Part shown: in pieces, positions 35,463-44,118 of the stretch
Layout: every line of letters begins with the position of its first letter
Position numbering within the stretch: the first letter of the stretch is position 1
Source: Desulfobacteraceae bacterium
GTDB lineage: Bacteria; Desulfobacterota; DSM-4660; Desulfatiglandales; HGW-15
DNA length: 64,000 nucleotides
NCBI GenBank assembly: GCA_050123415.1
Contig: JASFHE010000001.1
Location: 10,607-74,606 of the forward strand
Reading direction: 5' to 3'
Notes under the pieces: generated by a model
What the model saw: the letters and a program-made list of their open reading frames with translations, nothing else
The model's database searches: none
Told to the model about the DNA's origin: nothing
Translations under genes and position numbers: made by a program

Positions 35463-36083
35463 TTATAACATGTTTTTGCGGATCACCTTGACCCGGGATT
35501 TGCCTTTTACATGTTCAATTTTAAATACTTTGTCGGCAATTTCAATTAGATCGTCATCATGTGTAATTAGGATAACCTGGAATCGAAGTTTTTTGGAAAG
35601 TTCTTTCATTATCATTCCGGTTAAGGAGATAAGTTTGCCAGTCCACTTGAATGGTTCGTCAAGAATAAATACGTTCCGTGTTTTAGGAGAAGACATATGC
35701 CACAAGATAATTCGAAACGTGAAAGATATTATATCTATAATGCTGCCACCAAGATCATCTTTAGGATCGAGTTCCTCTCCATTCTCTTTTACTATAATCC
35801 TGGATTCAATTTCATTTCTTTTCACTTTGTAAACGAGTTCAAAGGATAAATCCCTATTAAATATCTGCCGAATCGATCTTGTTACTGTTGCTTCGATCCT
35901 ATTTTTAAATTTCTTGTGGATAATTTCAATTGCTTTATTGAGTAAATTCCTGGCATCAATATGATCTTTTATCTTCCGCCTTGTCTTGCGGATTTTCCTG
36001 GTAAGTTTTCTTTCCTCTATTAGGAGGCTTGCCTTCTTTGCAAATAACCTATCGTACCGATTTTTAATATCTTCGAATTCCAA
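35463..36083 (-). CDS. Rad50/SbcC-like ATPase, C-terminal half (coiled coil, signature, Walker B, H-loop)
   Basis: DDLGGSIIDIISF (signature-like), NVFILDEPF (Walker B), and VILITHDDDL (D- and H-loops). The N-terminal 60 aa are coiled-coil-like. Confidence 0.6.
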   Translation of the reverse strand: MEFEDIKNRYDRLFAKKASLLIEERKLTRKIRKTRRKIKDHIDARNLLNKAIEIIHKKFKNRIEATVTRSIRQIFNRDLSFELVYKVKRNEIESRIIVKENGEELDPKDDLGGSIIDIISFTFRIILWHMSSPKTRNVFILDEPFKWTGKLISLTGMIMKELSKKLRFQVILITHDDDLIEIADKVFKIEHVKGKSRVKVIRKNML

Positions 36084-36084
36084 T

Positions 36085-36336
36085 TTATATCTCCAATGTA
36101 AATTTTCTGTATCTTATATAATTATATAAACATGTTGGAAGACCTATAGGTATCCAAAAAACAAGAATCATTCCCGGTAATATAAGATTCATAAATGGAA
36201 TTATTCCAAAAAATACAGATATAAAATAATGAAACCAGTATTGTTTTCTACCATCCATATCATTTATAGTATAAATAAAAGCAATCCAAATTGGAATACA
36301 TATAACACATGATAAAATATAATAAAGTAATTCCAT
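36085..36336 (-). CDS. small multi-pass membrane protein
   Basis: 83 aa with three hydrophobic segments. Confidence 0.45.
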   Translation of the reverse strand: MELLYYILSCVICIPIWIAFIYTINDMDGRKQYWFHYFISVFFGIIPFMNLILPGMILVFWIPIGLPTCLYNYIRYRKFTLEI

Positions 36337-36569
36337 TACCTAACCTTATCCAGAATACGTCTTGCTTTCTCTTTGAGGGTTTTCGCCCTACTGGAGAGTT
36401 CTTTTAGTTTGTCGTCAATCCTCTCCAATTCTTTTTCAGCCTTCTGTGGAGTACTAAGATCAAAATCACCAAGTTCTGATTTCTTCTTCTTGATGATTTC
36501 ATCCTTTACACCGATTTGAATTTTTATATCCTGCAACTCCTTGGATAGTTCTCTAATATCAGTTTTCAT
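36336..36569 (-). CDS. coiled-coil protein
   Basis: ATG 36569 gives MKTDIRELSKELQD... and overlaps the upstream stop. Heptad-rich Lys/Glu sequence. Confidence 0.45.
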   Translation of the reverse strand: MKTDIRELSKELQDIKIQIGVKDEIIKKKKSELGDFDLSTPQKAEKELERIDDKLKELSSRAKTLKEKARRILDKVR

Positions 36570-36871
36570 TTTCTTCCTTCTTATTTGGTGATGGGTCTGC
36601 AATTAATTTCATTCTACCAGATTTTCCGCATTGACCACAAAAAGAATCTTCATCATTTAAAAAAGTAAGACAATCCCACGGGATATCATATTGATTTCCA
36701 CATTCGCATCCAACTAATACAGTATCAAGGTCAGCTTCATTTGGTTTCCAATCAATTTTCTCCCTTTTTTCTTCAACTACCTTTCCATTTTTAAATCTTG
36801 TTGTAATTAATTCACCTGGTTTTATATTTTTTTGGAACGATATTCAATAGATAATCTATTATTTTTTTCAT
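36559..36871 (-). CDS. Zn-ribbon protein whose frame is broken at an A7 run
   Basis: ATG 36871 lies 1 nt after the upstream TAA and reads MKKIIDYLLNIVPKKYKTR*. The +1 frame continues as ...KPGELITTRFKNGKVVEEKREKIDWKPNEADLDTVLVGCECGNQYDIPWDCLTFLNDEDSFCGQCGKSGRMKL...*. The two frames join if the homopolymer at 36827-36833 is one nt shorter. Confidence 0.35.
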
Positions 36872-36872
36872 T

Positions 36873-37082
36873 TTAAAATCCTTCCACATCAATTCCAAGG
36901 TCTAATGCTTTTTGAATTATGTTTAGGTAGCATTGGGTAAGTAGCCTAGATTTATATGACCTGTCTTCTATCTTGTGGGCCCTTATTTGACCAAATCTTG
37001 ACATGTTAAGCCTTATCGCCATGCATAAATCCGTATACTCCAGTAAGTTAAGTTTATCAAATACTATCGGTTTCAATATCAA
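36873..37082 (-). CDS. hypothetical protein
   Basis: 69-aa ORF in operon register. Confidence 0.4.
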   Translation of the reverse strand: MILKPIVFDKLNLLEYTDLCMAIRLNMSRFGQIRAHKIEDRSYKSRLLTQCYLNIIQKALDLGIDVEGF

Positions 37083-37995
37083 TCTCCTTTGCTACCTCAG
37101 CGAGGACACTTTTGATCCCGCGTTTATTTTTTGCTTTCATTAGGAGCATTTCGATAACCCTTAAAATGTTAACTTCTTCAATTTGTTTAGTACTTATATA
37201 CAAATCACCGAGGGTTTCTTCGGTGACAATTTCTTCATGGACACCAAAGTTTAAAACATCTCTGGCTGGAGCAACCGGGATATCAACAACATCAAAATTC
37301 CTATCCGTCGAATCATAAACTACCACACGTGGTTTATGCTCTTTCATGTAGTCTGTGACCTCAAGACGCATCATTGGACCAGTGTTTGCAAAAACTCCCG
37401 GTTTTTGGCTTTTCGTATAGTAGTAATGCATTGATGATCGATGGATATCTCCCATTACAATAAAGTCAAATAAATTGCCGTATGTATCTATCCACCTGGT
37501 TGTCTTCTTAAATTTGTGTCCAGGAAATAGGGAATTCCTTGTTATTGGAGCATGAGCAGCAAGAACATTCCTATATGGGTCCCTTCGGAAATGCTTCGGG
37601 ACAGGAAATTTATCTCCCCAATTACATCCATACAAAAAACAATTTCCACATTTTATTGGTTCACTTCCGAGTAATTCGATTACTCCAGAACGCGCCAGAA
37701 TCGCAAGGTTATTGATTACTTTTTTATTCCTCATATACATATCATGTTGACCATAAACAGTATAAAAGGGAACGTCTGGGAACCGCATGGTGATGGATAA
37801 AAACTTAAACAAGGCGAGAATATCCCGTGGAGAGTTAAAAAGATCACCCGCACAAATTATTGGAGCGTTCCCCAAATCCGATGCAAGTTTGAAGACAAAC
37901 TGCATTTTATTCCTGAAGTCAGAAAGTGGATTACCAAGTCTACCTCTTGGAATCCTGCTCGTACAATGTGGATCACTAATGCCGATTAATTTCAT
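37057..37995 (-). CDS. Mre11/SbcD-like metallophosphoesterase nuclease
   Basis: GISDPH (motif I), AGDLFN (motif II), GQHD (GNHD-like), AAHAP, and GDIH. Confidence 0.75.
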   Translation of the reverse strand: MKLIGISDPHCTSRIPRGRLGNPLSDFRNKMQFVFKLASDLGNAPIICAGDLFNSPRDILALFKFLSITMRFPDVPFYTVYGQHDMYMRNKKVINNLAILARSGVIELLGSEPIKCGNCFLYGCNWGDKFPVPKHFRRDPYRNVLAAHAPITRNSLFPGHKFKKTTRWIDTYGNLFDFIVMGDIHRSSMHYYYTKSQKPGVFANTGPMMRLEVTDYMKEHKPRVVVYDSTDRNFDVVDIPVAPARDVLNFGVHEEIVTEETLGDLYISTKQIEEVNILRVIEMLLMKAKNKRGIKSVLAEVAKEIDIETDSI

Positions 37996-38105
37996 TTTTA
38001 CTCCTAATTTATTTTACAAGCGATTGTAAAAAACGACCAATAAAACTCCCAAGTGATAATGAAAAAAATGTTAAAATAATTATTCCCATAATGAGTAATT
38101 CAAAT

Positions 38106-39071
38106 TTATTTTTCAATTTCATTTCGTATTTCCTTAATCCTCTCTGCGGTGATTCTCGAAAGACAAGTTGGACATCTCCTCGATTTTTTTAATTCTTTTA
38201 TGTAACTATTAAGCTTTTTAGAAAATTTCTCCCGAAGTTTTTCAAGTTCCGATTGATTGTCAAGTAAGGATATAATTCCATCCTGTTTATCTTCCAAATC
38301 CTCAAGTTGTTCTCCAATTTTAATCGCTTCTTTAATTATATCTTCAGCTTTTAAAGCTCGCTCAAGTCTTCTCTTTGCCTGCTCTGCTGCTTTAATTTCA
38401 GCCACTATTGATTCTATAGTATAATATTTTCTTTCCAATTTTATTTGTTGTTGTTCGATTTTCTGGAGTTCTTCCATTATTGGTTCAAGTTTCTCCAGGT
38501 CTTTCAATGCGGCAATATCTTCTCGGACGCTTTTGCGTTCCTGAACGGCATCATCTAATATAATAGATAGACTTTTAACGTCCTGGTTTATTCGTTTGAT
38601 CCAATTATCTACCGAACTAACTTTTGTTATGTCGTTAATGATCTTTGTTACCTGACCGGCAGAATTGGAGACAATGTAAGGAAGATCAAGTTGACTTTGA
38701 AAGTTTATCTCCTTTAGATTTAATGCATCTTTAACCTCAGATGGAACTGTTTTATTTATCTTCCTGAAAGTTTGCGTTTTACCTGATTTATTCTGCAAGG
38801 TATAAACCGGTTTTGATTCTCTTCCTTGTTTTAAATTAACAATAAATCCATCCGATGTTTTAAGTTCAATTTCAGATAGTGTATTTTTTGGAGCAAAGTG
38901 GCTCATAAACTTGAGATTAATCGGACGAAAATCTTTTATCCTTCTGATTGCTCGTAGGATGTTAGACTTACCTGCCAAGCCTTCTCCAATGATAGCATTG
39001 ACTCCACGGTGGAAGACAAATTTTTGATCCTTATAACTTCGGAAATTTTTAACTGTTAATATTTTTAACAT
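38106..39071 (-). CDS. Rad50/SbcC-like ATPase, N-terminal half (Walker A, coiled coil, CxxC zinc hook)
   Basis: MLKILTVKNFRSYKDQKFVFHRGVNAIIGEGLAGKSNILRAI (Walker A), a long coiled coil, and a C-terminal RRCPTCLSRI about 20 aa before the stop. Confidence 0.65.
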   Translation of the reverse strand: MLKILTVKNFRSYKDQKFVFHRGVNAIIGEGLAGKSNILRAIRRIKDFRPINLKFMSHFAPKNTLSEIELKTSDGFIVNLKQGRESKPVYTLQNKSGKTQTFRKINKTVPSEVKDALNLKEINFQSQLDLPYIVSNSAGQVTKIINDITKVSSVDNWIKRINQDVKSLSIILDDAVQERKSVREDIAALKDLEKLEPIMEELQKIEQQQIKLERKYYTIESIVAEIKAAEQAKRRLERALKAEDIIKEAIKIGEQLEDLEDKQDGIISLLDNQSELEKLREKFSKKLNSYIKELKKSRRCPTCLSRITAERIKEIRNEIEK

Positions 39072-39315
39072 TTTTTCGATGCTTTCTTATTCGCCTGATT
39101 ATTGCTGCAAATTCCCTGGAAAAAGAACTTATTTTGTGAAGTTTTACTCCTAATTTCCTCGCTGGTAAATCTCTGCCTTGGTTGAAACTGGCTACATTTT
39201 TGGATAAGTCATCTACCATCAAGATTAATCGTTTGAACAGGTGGTCAATATTATCCTTTTTTATTGTCTTTTCAATTTCTTCTTCCATGTTTTGTATGAC
39301 TCGCCTACGTGGCAT
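39049..39315 (-). CDS. hypothetical protein
   Basis: 88-aa ORF. Confidence 0.45.
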   Translation of the reverse strand: MPRRRVIQNMEEEIEKTIKKDNIDHLFKRLILMVDDLSKNVASFNQGRDLPARKLGVKLHKISSFSREFAAIIRRIRKHRKNVKNINS

Positions 39316-39316
39316 A

Positions 39317-39457
39317 TTAAAATCTCCTTAGCCAGTTATTAAATTTATCCAATGATGATTTGTGAATAAATTTCCAAATAAGTATAATTAAATTACTGGT
39401 GTATTTGCGAAAGCAAATCAAAAATAATCCAATAAAAAGATAATTAATTGAATTCAC
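39317..39457 (-). CDS. tiny membrane protein (46 aa, below the track cutoff)
   Basis: GTG 39457 overlaps the FEN stop (GTGA). Hand translation gives NSINYLFIGLFLICFRKYTSNLIILIWKF... Its stop lies 1 nt before the next ATG. Confidence 0.25.
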   Translation of the reverse strand: MNSINYLFIGLFLICFRKYTSNLIILIWKFIHKSSLDKFNNWLRRF

Positions 39458-40353
39458 CTCAAGAAAACTCTTTCCCACTGATCGAAAGTCTCCTTTTCAA
39501 GAAAACTCTTAAAATGATATTTATCGAAAACCTGGATAAATTTCTTGCGCGTACATTTATCCCGGCGGATAAAAGGATCTTTCATTTTTTCTGGCATATA
39601 TGGAAGAGTAACGATTGGAAGATTTTTCTTTATTATCTTTTGACCTTCGTCAGAAGTAATTCGATCATATATAACGCCTGTTGATATCTCTCCGCGGACA
39701 TATTGCATGGTACGACTTCTTGGACCCTTTTTCATGTCTTTCGGGTCTCCACAACCTTTAATGCCAATAACATTATCTCCAGAACAACCGCCGATTGATT
39801 TGCAAATTGGCCATTGTGACGGAAGCACTTTATAAATTGAAATAAACTTCTCCGCCGTCATCCGTTTAAATGTTGTTGGGTTTATAATATCACAATGATC
39901 TAAACATTGCCACATGTCGTTGTCCGCTGTTACCATCAAGACTTTCTTTGTTTTGAGTCGTTCAGCAATTACCGCCATAAAGTCGTCAGATTCGTAGCCT
40001 CTTTGTTGGAAATGGTTCATAAATCCCATGTGATGGAGTGTGGAATCTTTTAATTCGTTTTCTTGTTTGAATTTAAGTTTATATTCTTCCTCTTCTGTTG
40101 GGGTAAGATCTGTTCGGCGATTAAATTTATAAATTGGATAAACTTCTTTCCGGAAATTAGTTGGGTGGTCCCAGCAAAATAGGATATGGCGGGTCCTAAA
40201 TTTCTTTCCTAATTGTAGAACTTTTTTTAGAAATCCATAGATTACTCCAGTTGGTTTATTGTTATATGTTAACACCGGTCCGAATGCAAAGAAAGCAGCA
40301 TAAACCAAACTGGAGCAATCAATTACCAAATGATTTTTATTAAAAATCTTCAT
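39454..40353 (-). CDS. 5'-3' exonuclease / flap endonuclease (T4 RNase H / Pol I 5' nuclease family)
   Basis: LVIDCSSLVYAAFF, HILFCWD, YKFNRR, GYESDDFMAVIA, VTADNDMWQC, and IGIKGCGDP (H3TH). Confidence 0.85.
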   Translation of the reverse strand: MKIFNKNHLVIDCSSLVYAAFFAFGPVLTYNNKPTGVIYGFLKKVLQLGKKFRTRHILFCWDHPTNFRKEVYPIYKFNRRTDLTPTEEEEYKLKFKQENELKDSTLHHMGFMNHFQQRGYESDDFMAVIAERLKTKKVLMVTADNDMWQCLDHCDIINPTTFKRMTAEKFISIYKVLPSQWPICKSIGGCSGDNVIGIKGCGDPKDMKKGPRSRTMQYVRGEISTGVIYDRITSDEGQKIIKKNLPIVTLPYMPEKMKDPFIRRDKCTRKKFIQVFDKYHFKSFLEKETFDQWERVFLR

Positions 40354-40526
40354 TTTTTATGATATCTTTCATCGGTTAATATTTCATCAAGAAGAAGTTT
40401 TGCATATTCCGGTTCTTCTGGAAGTTTTCTCATTGCTTCATCAATCTTATTGCACATCCAATTGATTGTTCGCTGCAATTCAAGAATATGGTTTTTTCTT
40501 TTTTCTGCCTGCTTATAAATATCCAT
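40350..40526 (-). CDS. small hypothetical protein (58 aa, below the track cutoff)
   Basis: ATG 40526 directly follows the recombinase stop. Its TGA overlaps the FEN ATG (ATGA). Sequence begins MDIYKQAEKRKNHILELQRTINWMCNKIDEAMRKL... Confidence 0.45.
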   Translation of the reverse strand: MDIYKQAEKRKNHILELQRTINWMCNKIDEAMRKLPEEPEYAKLLLDEILTDERYHKK

Positions 40527-41636
40527 CTATAATTCCTTGCCACCAAGTTGATCAATTTCTCCATCAAAAGCTTCCTCAACTCGGTTCCAAATTCTTTCGA
40601 CTTTTCTGGAGAGTTTATCCTCAAGACCGCGTTTCTTAACTTCCGATGCAAACTTCAGCCAGTTTGCTTCTGAAGTATCGAGACCTTTCCATTTTTCGAT
40701 CTTGTGCTTTTTCAGGTAATTTGCCATGGCGATAACATCACTCATACCATGGTTTCGAATAATGACAAATTCTTGAGTGTTGAATGCCGGCCCAACTTTG
40801 CTTCTTTCAACATTAACTCCGCAAAGTGTTCCATAAACCCTGTATTCTCCGAGGCGTTGTTTGGAGAGTTTCTTGATTACTCTTATCCATGGCACCAGGT
40901 GAGTGTAGAAGTTAAGAGCATCTCCACCACTCCTGTATTGTTTCTTTCCAAATGTAATGCCGATCCTTGATTTTGTTTGACTGATGATAATCAAAGTGGC
41001 GTCCACCTTGTTGCTTTCGATAAGTTCACAAACATCGGCGAAAAACTGCCAGGCAAATTGTTGCTTTTTCAGTTTCATGCTTTTGGCAATATCTTCATCC
41101 TTTGTTTCCCTGATCTTGTTATCATGGATCGATCGGAAGGAATCCCATGAATCGATGATATAAAGAAGAGCCTCTCCTTTTTTGAGTTTGTCCGCCTCTT
41201 CAAGAAAGTCCCGGCCGGCGGATTCAATTGTTTTACTCCTCCGCCATGTTATCATCTTTTCGAATTTCTCTCCATACATGCGTTTCAATGGAAAGTCCAT
41301 AACTCCCTCTCCATTATTATACACGACTTTAGCTTTTTTTACCTTGCCAAATATGTTGCTTTTGATGGAGTAAATGAATTTCAGGAACCAGAAGACAAGT
41401 TCAAGAGCAAGCAATGTCTTTCCGCTTGATCCATCTCCTACAATATTTGAAACTCTGGCACGTGGCCACCCAAACTTTGCTAAACCAGTTAGAGCAAGAT
41501 TGAGCATTGTGGCACCAGAAGTAAAGAACTCAACCTTTTTGCTCCTCTCCCTGGAACCTTTCTTCGATTTCCCTGACAATTTCACGGACTTTGCGAGAGT
41601 CTGCGTTTTCTTCCTCCGTTTCGGTAATACCTTCAT
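40527..41636 (-). CDS. RecA-family recombinase (UvsX-like)
   Basis: SGATMLNLALTG...RVSNIVGDGSSGKTLLALEL (Walker A), LLYIIDSWDSF (Walker B), and IIISQTKSRIGITFGKKQYRSGGDALNFYTHL, which parallels RecA [32 protein letters not shown]. GGAGG lies 4 nt upstream of ATG 41636. Confidence 0.85.
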   Translation of the reverse strand: MKVLPKRRKKTQTLAKSVKLSGKSKKGSRERSKKVEFFTSGATMLNLALTGLAKFGWPRARVSNIVGDGSSGKTLLALELVFWFLKFIYSIKSNIFGKVKKAKVVYNNGEGVMDFPLKRMYGEKFEKMITWRRSKTIESAGRDFLEEADKLKKGEALLYIIDSWDSFRSIHDNKIRETKDEDIAKSMKLKKQQFAWQFFADVCELIESNKVDATLIIISQTKSRIGITFGKKQYRSGGDALNFYTHLVPWIRVIKKLSKQRLGEYRVYGTLCGVNVERSKVGPAFNTQEFVIIRNHGMSDVIAMANYLKKHKIEKWKGLDTSEANWLKFASEVKKRGLEDKLSRKVERIWNRVEEAFDGEIDQLGGKEL

Positions 41637-41832
41637 AGTTCCTCCCATTTCTTACGCCGCGCTTTCCTTTGTTAAATTCAATCATACTTCTTTTAAGGAA
41701 TTCAATACTGTTAATTAAATCCCTCGTGGTGAACTTTTTGGAGTTATCTCCAATAATAGATTCATTCCTATAGATTTCCTCGGAAAATCCTTTGCTTGAG
41801 TAAATTCCAATTTTAATATCAATCTTCGGCAT
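41530..41832 (-). CDS. hypothetical protein
   Basis: GGAG lies 7 nt upstream of ATG 41832 (MPKIDIKIG...). Its 3' end overlaps the recombinase start by about 107 nt. Confidence 0.35.
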   Translation of the reverse strand: MPKIDIKIGIYSSKGFSEEIYRNESIIGDNSKKFTTRDLINSIEFLKRSMIEFNKGKRGVRNGRNYEGITETEEENADSRKVREIVREIEERFQGEEQKG

Positions 41833-42037
41833 CTTTTTCTCCAATTTCTTCAAAGCTAACCGTAAATACTTGGAGGACGACATACTTTTGACCAGGAACG
41901 GTTAAATCTATTATTGCGGCATTAATTTCGTCTTTACTGCCAGATTTTATAAATTGGAGCCTTCCTTTTGTATGGATGCGGAAGAGTCCAAGTTCTGTGT
42001 GATATTGGAAATTCAAAGGTTCTGTAGGCATATCCAT
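41819..42037 (-). CDS. hypothetical protein
   Basis: 72-aa ORF. Confidence 0.4.
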   Translation of the reverse strand: MDMPTEPLNFQYHTELGLFRIHTKGRLQFIKSGSKDEINAAIIDLTVPGQKYVVLQVFTVSFEEIGEKDAED

Positions 42038-42042
42038 TTTCC

Positions 42043-42327
42043 TTATATCTTTAATGCTTCAGTAAGTTGCTCCGGCCATGGATGACCAGACTCTGCCAGA
42101 TAGTTATTTATTAATGCTTTGATATCAAATATGCGTTTATTGGTGGAAGCAAAGTCTCCGTGGAAAAGTGAGAGCGCCCGATACATTCCAGCTTCAAGTT
42201 CTCTCCTGAAATTTGAATTTGGATTTATGTCATAGAAAGAAATTTCGTAAAATTTTTCACCATATTTAATAATAATTTTAGTAGGAATATTGCCCATTAT
42301 TTTCTCCTCCTTAGAATGGAATATCAT
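42043..42327 (-). CDS. hypothetical protein
   Basis: 94-aa ORF. Confidence 0.45.
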   Translation of the reverse strand: MIFHSKEEKIMGNIPTKIIIKYGEKFYEISFYDINPNSNFRRELEAGMYRALSLFHGDFASTNKRIFDIKALINNYLAESGHPWPEQLTEALKI

Positions 42328-42742
42328 CCTCCCTATCTTCTACTTTCTTATCATATTGGTAAAATTTTCTATCATAATCCTCATTTATCTGTGGTTTCGG
42401 TGTTCTTTTTACTTTTGAATTTTTAATGTATTTTAGAATCCCGGTTGCAGCAGCTTTCCAATGGTCTCTCCTTGGGATCTTATTTGCTGGTTTGGATGCT
42501 CTATCAATAATCCGTATAAGTCTTTTATATAGGTAGTTTGGGATAACATAGCATTTTATCCTCGGAGTATAATTCATCGCTCGATTAATAGAATTAAATT
42601 CTACATCTGTATAGAAAATTTGAGCAAGAAAAGCGCCAGGCTTCTTCTTCTCGGACATGCGAGTTAAAACTTTAGTTGCGCCTTCCATTTTCTTCACTTG
42701 CTCTGGAGTTAATTCGATTTCAATTTGCAGGATTGGTTTCAT
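42311..42742 (-). CDS. hypothetical protein
   Basis: 143-aa ORF. Confidence 0.45.
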   Translation of the reverse strand: MKPILQIEIELTPEQVKKMEGATKVLTRMSEKKKPGAFLAQIFYTDVEFNSINRAMNYTPRIKCYVIPNYLYKRLIRIIDRASKPANKIPRRDHWKAAATGILKYIKNSKVKRTPKPQINEDYDRKFYQYDKKVEDREDDIPF

Positions 42743-42743
42743 T

Positions 42744-43076
42744 TTATTCTTTCTTGTAACGAAGATATTTCCTATTGTAGTGAAGATATTTCCACACTTT
42801 GTGGCTTTTTAAAATCATTGACCGTTCAACATTATTTGTAGAAATATCTCCTCTTTGTGCCATCAAATGGATTGCAAACATCAAATGTCCGAGTTCCGTT
42901 TCAAGATCTCCACGGTTGTTATACTCAATACCTTCGAAACTCGCGTGGTAACCGTGTCTCTGGATTTTACCGATTATTTGTAATACTTCACCGATTTCTT
43001 CCACGAGAAGTGAAAATCGTTCGTATTCTTCCGGAGTCATCGTGTCATAGCCAGATGGAGGTGGATGATTTTTCAT
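42744..43076 (-). CDS. MazG-like nucleoside triphosphate pyrophosphohydrolase
   Basis: LLVEEIGEVLQ and DLETELGHLMFAIHL form the E-x-x-E...E-x-x-D helices. ATG 43076 overlaps the stop of the upstream miniprotein. The track start is TTG 43112. Confidence 0.55.
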   Translation of the reverse strand: MKNHPPPSGYDTMTPEEYERFSLLVEEIGEVLQIIGKIQRHGYHASFEGIEYNNRGDLETELGHLMFAIHLMAQRGDISTNNVERSMILKSHKVWKYLHYNRKYLRYKKE

Positions 43077-43246
43077 TGAATTGTTTTTCCTTCTTTCACA
43101 ATAAGGTTGCAAAGTATCGCCTCATTTTCATCGATATTCCGGTCAAGATGACATTGACACCTCCAGTCTGGTTTTTCTTCTCCGACCGGGTTATTGCGGA
43201 ATAATGGTTCATCAAAACAACTGACATAGCAAACAGAGCAATGCAT
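43073..43246 (-). CDS. Cys-rich miniprotein (57 aa, below the track cutoff)
   Basis: ATG 43246 overlaps the dCMP deaminase stop (TGATG). Hand translation gives MHCSVCYVSCFDEPLFRNNPVGEEKPDWRCQCHLDRNIDENEAILCNLIVKEGKTIQ. Confidence 0.4.
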   Translation of the reverse strand: MHCSVCYVSCFDEPLFRNNPVGEEKPDWRCQCHLDRNIDENEAILCNLIVKEGKTIQ

Positions 43247-43791
43247 CACAACCTCCTATCGGAAGTAAAGGACATTATGATTCTTTTGATTTGGTTTATT
43301 TCGGAATGTGTGAAATGGATTTCTTCCGTTTCAAGTTTATATTCCTCTGCCTTCTTGAGCCAATATCTATCGCGTTCCTCGTCATCACTCTGGTAAATAA
43401 GTTCATAATATATTTTAGTGATTCCGACTCGTTTGATATTCTTTAGACAGTGAATGCATGGGAATAAAGTGCAGTAAAGAACAGAACCACGGAGACCGAT
43501 TCCGCCGAATTCTGCTATTTGGTTGATGGCGTTTTGTTCTGCATGAATCGATGGGCAGTCCTGGTACTTTTTAATTCCGGAATCATCTCTTCCAAGTTCT
43601 CTCCGCAAACAGAATTTGGGCCCTTTATCCGTGCATTGCGGCTCGCCAGGCATACTGCCATTATAGCCGGTTGCAACGACTCGCCTACCGGAAACAATTA
43701 CTGCTCCGGTAGGACGAGAGTTGCAACCGGACCTCACGGCGGCCAGTTTTGCCAACGCCATGAAGTACTTATTCCAAGGAAGCCGGTTCAT
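43246..43791 (-). CDS. dCMP deaminase
   Basis: WNKYFMALAKLAAVRSGC, HAEQNAI (H-A-E zinc/catalytic motif), and LFPCIHCLKNI (P-C-x-x-C). ATG 43791 overlaps the upstream TAA. Confidence 0.85.
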   Translation of the reverse strand: MNRLPWNKYFMALAKLAAVRSGCNSRPTGAVIVSGRRVVATGYNGSMPGEPQCTDKGPKFCLRRELGRDDSGIKKYQDCPSIHAEQNAINQIAEFGGIGLRGSVLYCTLFPCIHCLKNIKRVGITKIYYELIYQSDDEERDRYWLKKAEEYKLETEEIHFTHSEINQIKRIIMSFTSDRRL

Positions 43792-43997
43792 TAATCTGCC
43801 GCTCTGGAATACGGAAATTTCCGCATCCGCAGGGCACATTCAAAAGCATCGCGGAGTTTTTCGTCCGAAGCATGGAAGTTTTCTTTGATCCATTCAAGGA
43901 CGATTCTGGGCGACGAAGCATCTTGGGCCCGCAAGGTAAACATTTCCTCATCGTCTCCAATTTTAACCAATGTTGGACATGTTGATTTAAGTGCCAT
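43791..43997 (-). CDS. hypothetical protein
   Basis: 68-aa ORF with AAGGAG upstream. Confidence 0.45.
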   Translation of the reverse strand: MALKSTCPTLVKIGDDEEMFTLRAQDASSPRIVLEWIKENFHASDEKLRDAFECALRMRKFPYSRAAD

Positions 43998-44016
43998 ATT
44001 TCTTCTCCTTTCTTTA

Positions 44017-44118
44017 GTTAAAGTATATCATATAAAGAACCCCTAATGATATACCAATCCATATTCCGGATGAAAAGCCTTGCCACCAAATTTTCCAAAA
44101 ATCTTTTTTGTTATTCAT
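44017..44118 (-). CDS. tiny membrane peptide (33 aa)
   Basis: The ATG overlaps the TS-like gene stop (ATGA). Sequence MNNKKDFWKIWWQGFSSGIWIGISLGVLYMIYFN. Confidence 0.25.

Noticed and set aside
35236-35832. 198-aa plus-strand ORF spanning the nuclease / Rad50 C-half junction
   Set aside because: It is antisense to two motif-supported minus-strand genes. Its poly-Phe stretch is the complement of the poly-Lys codons of the nuclease N-terminus.
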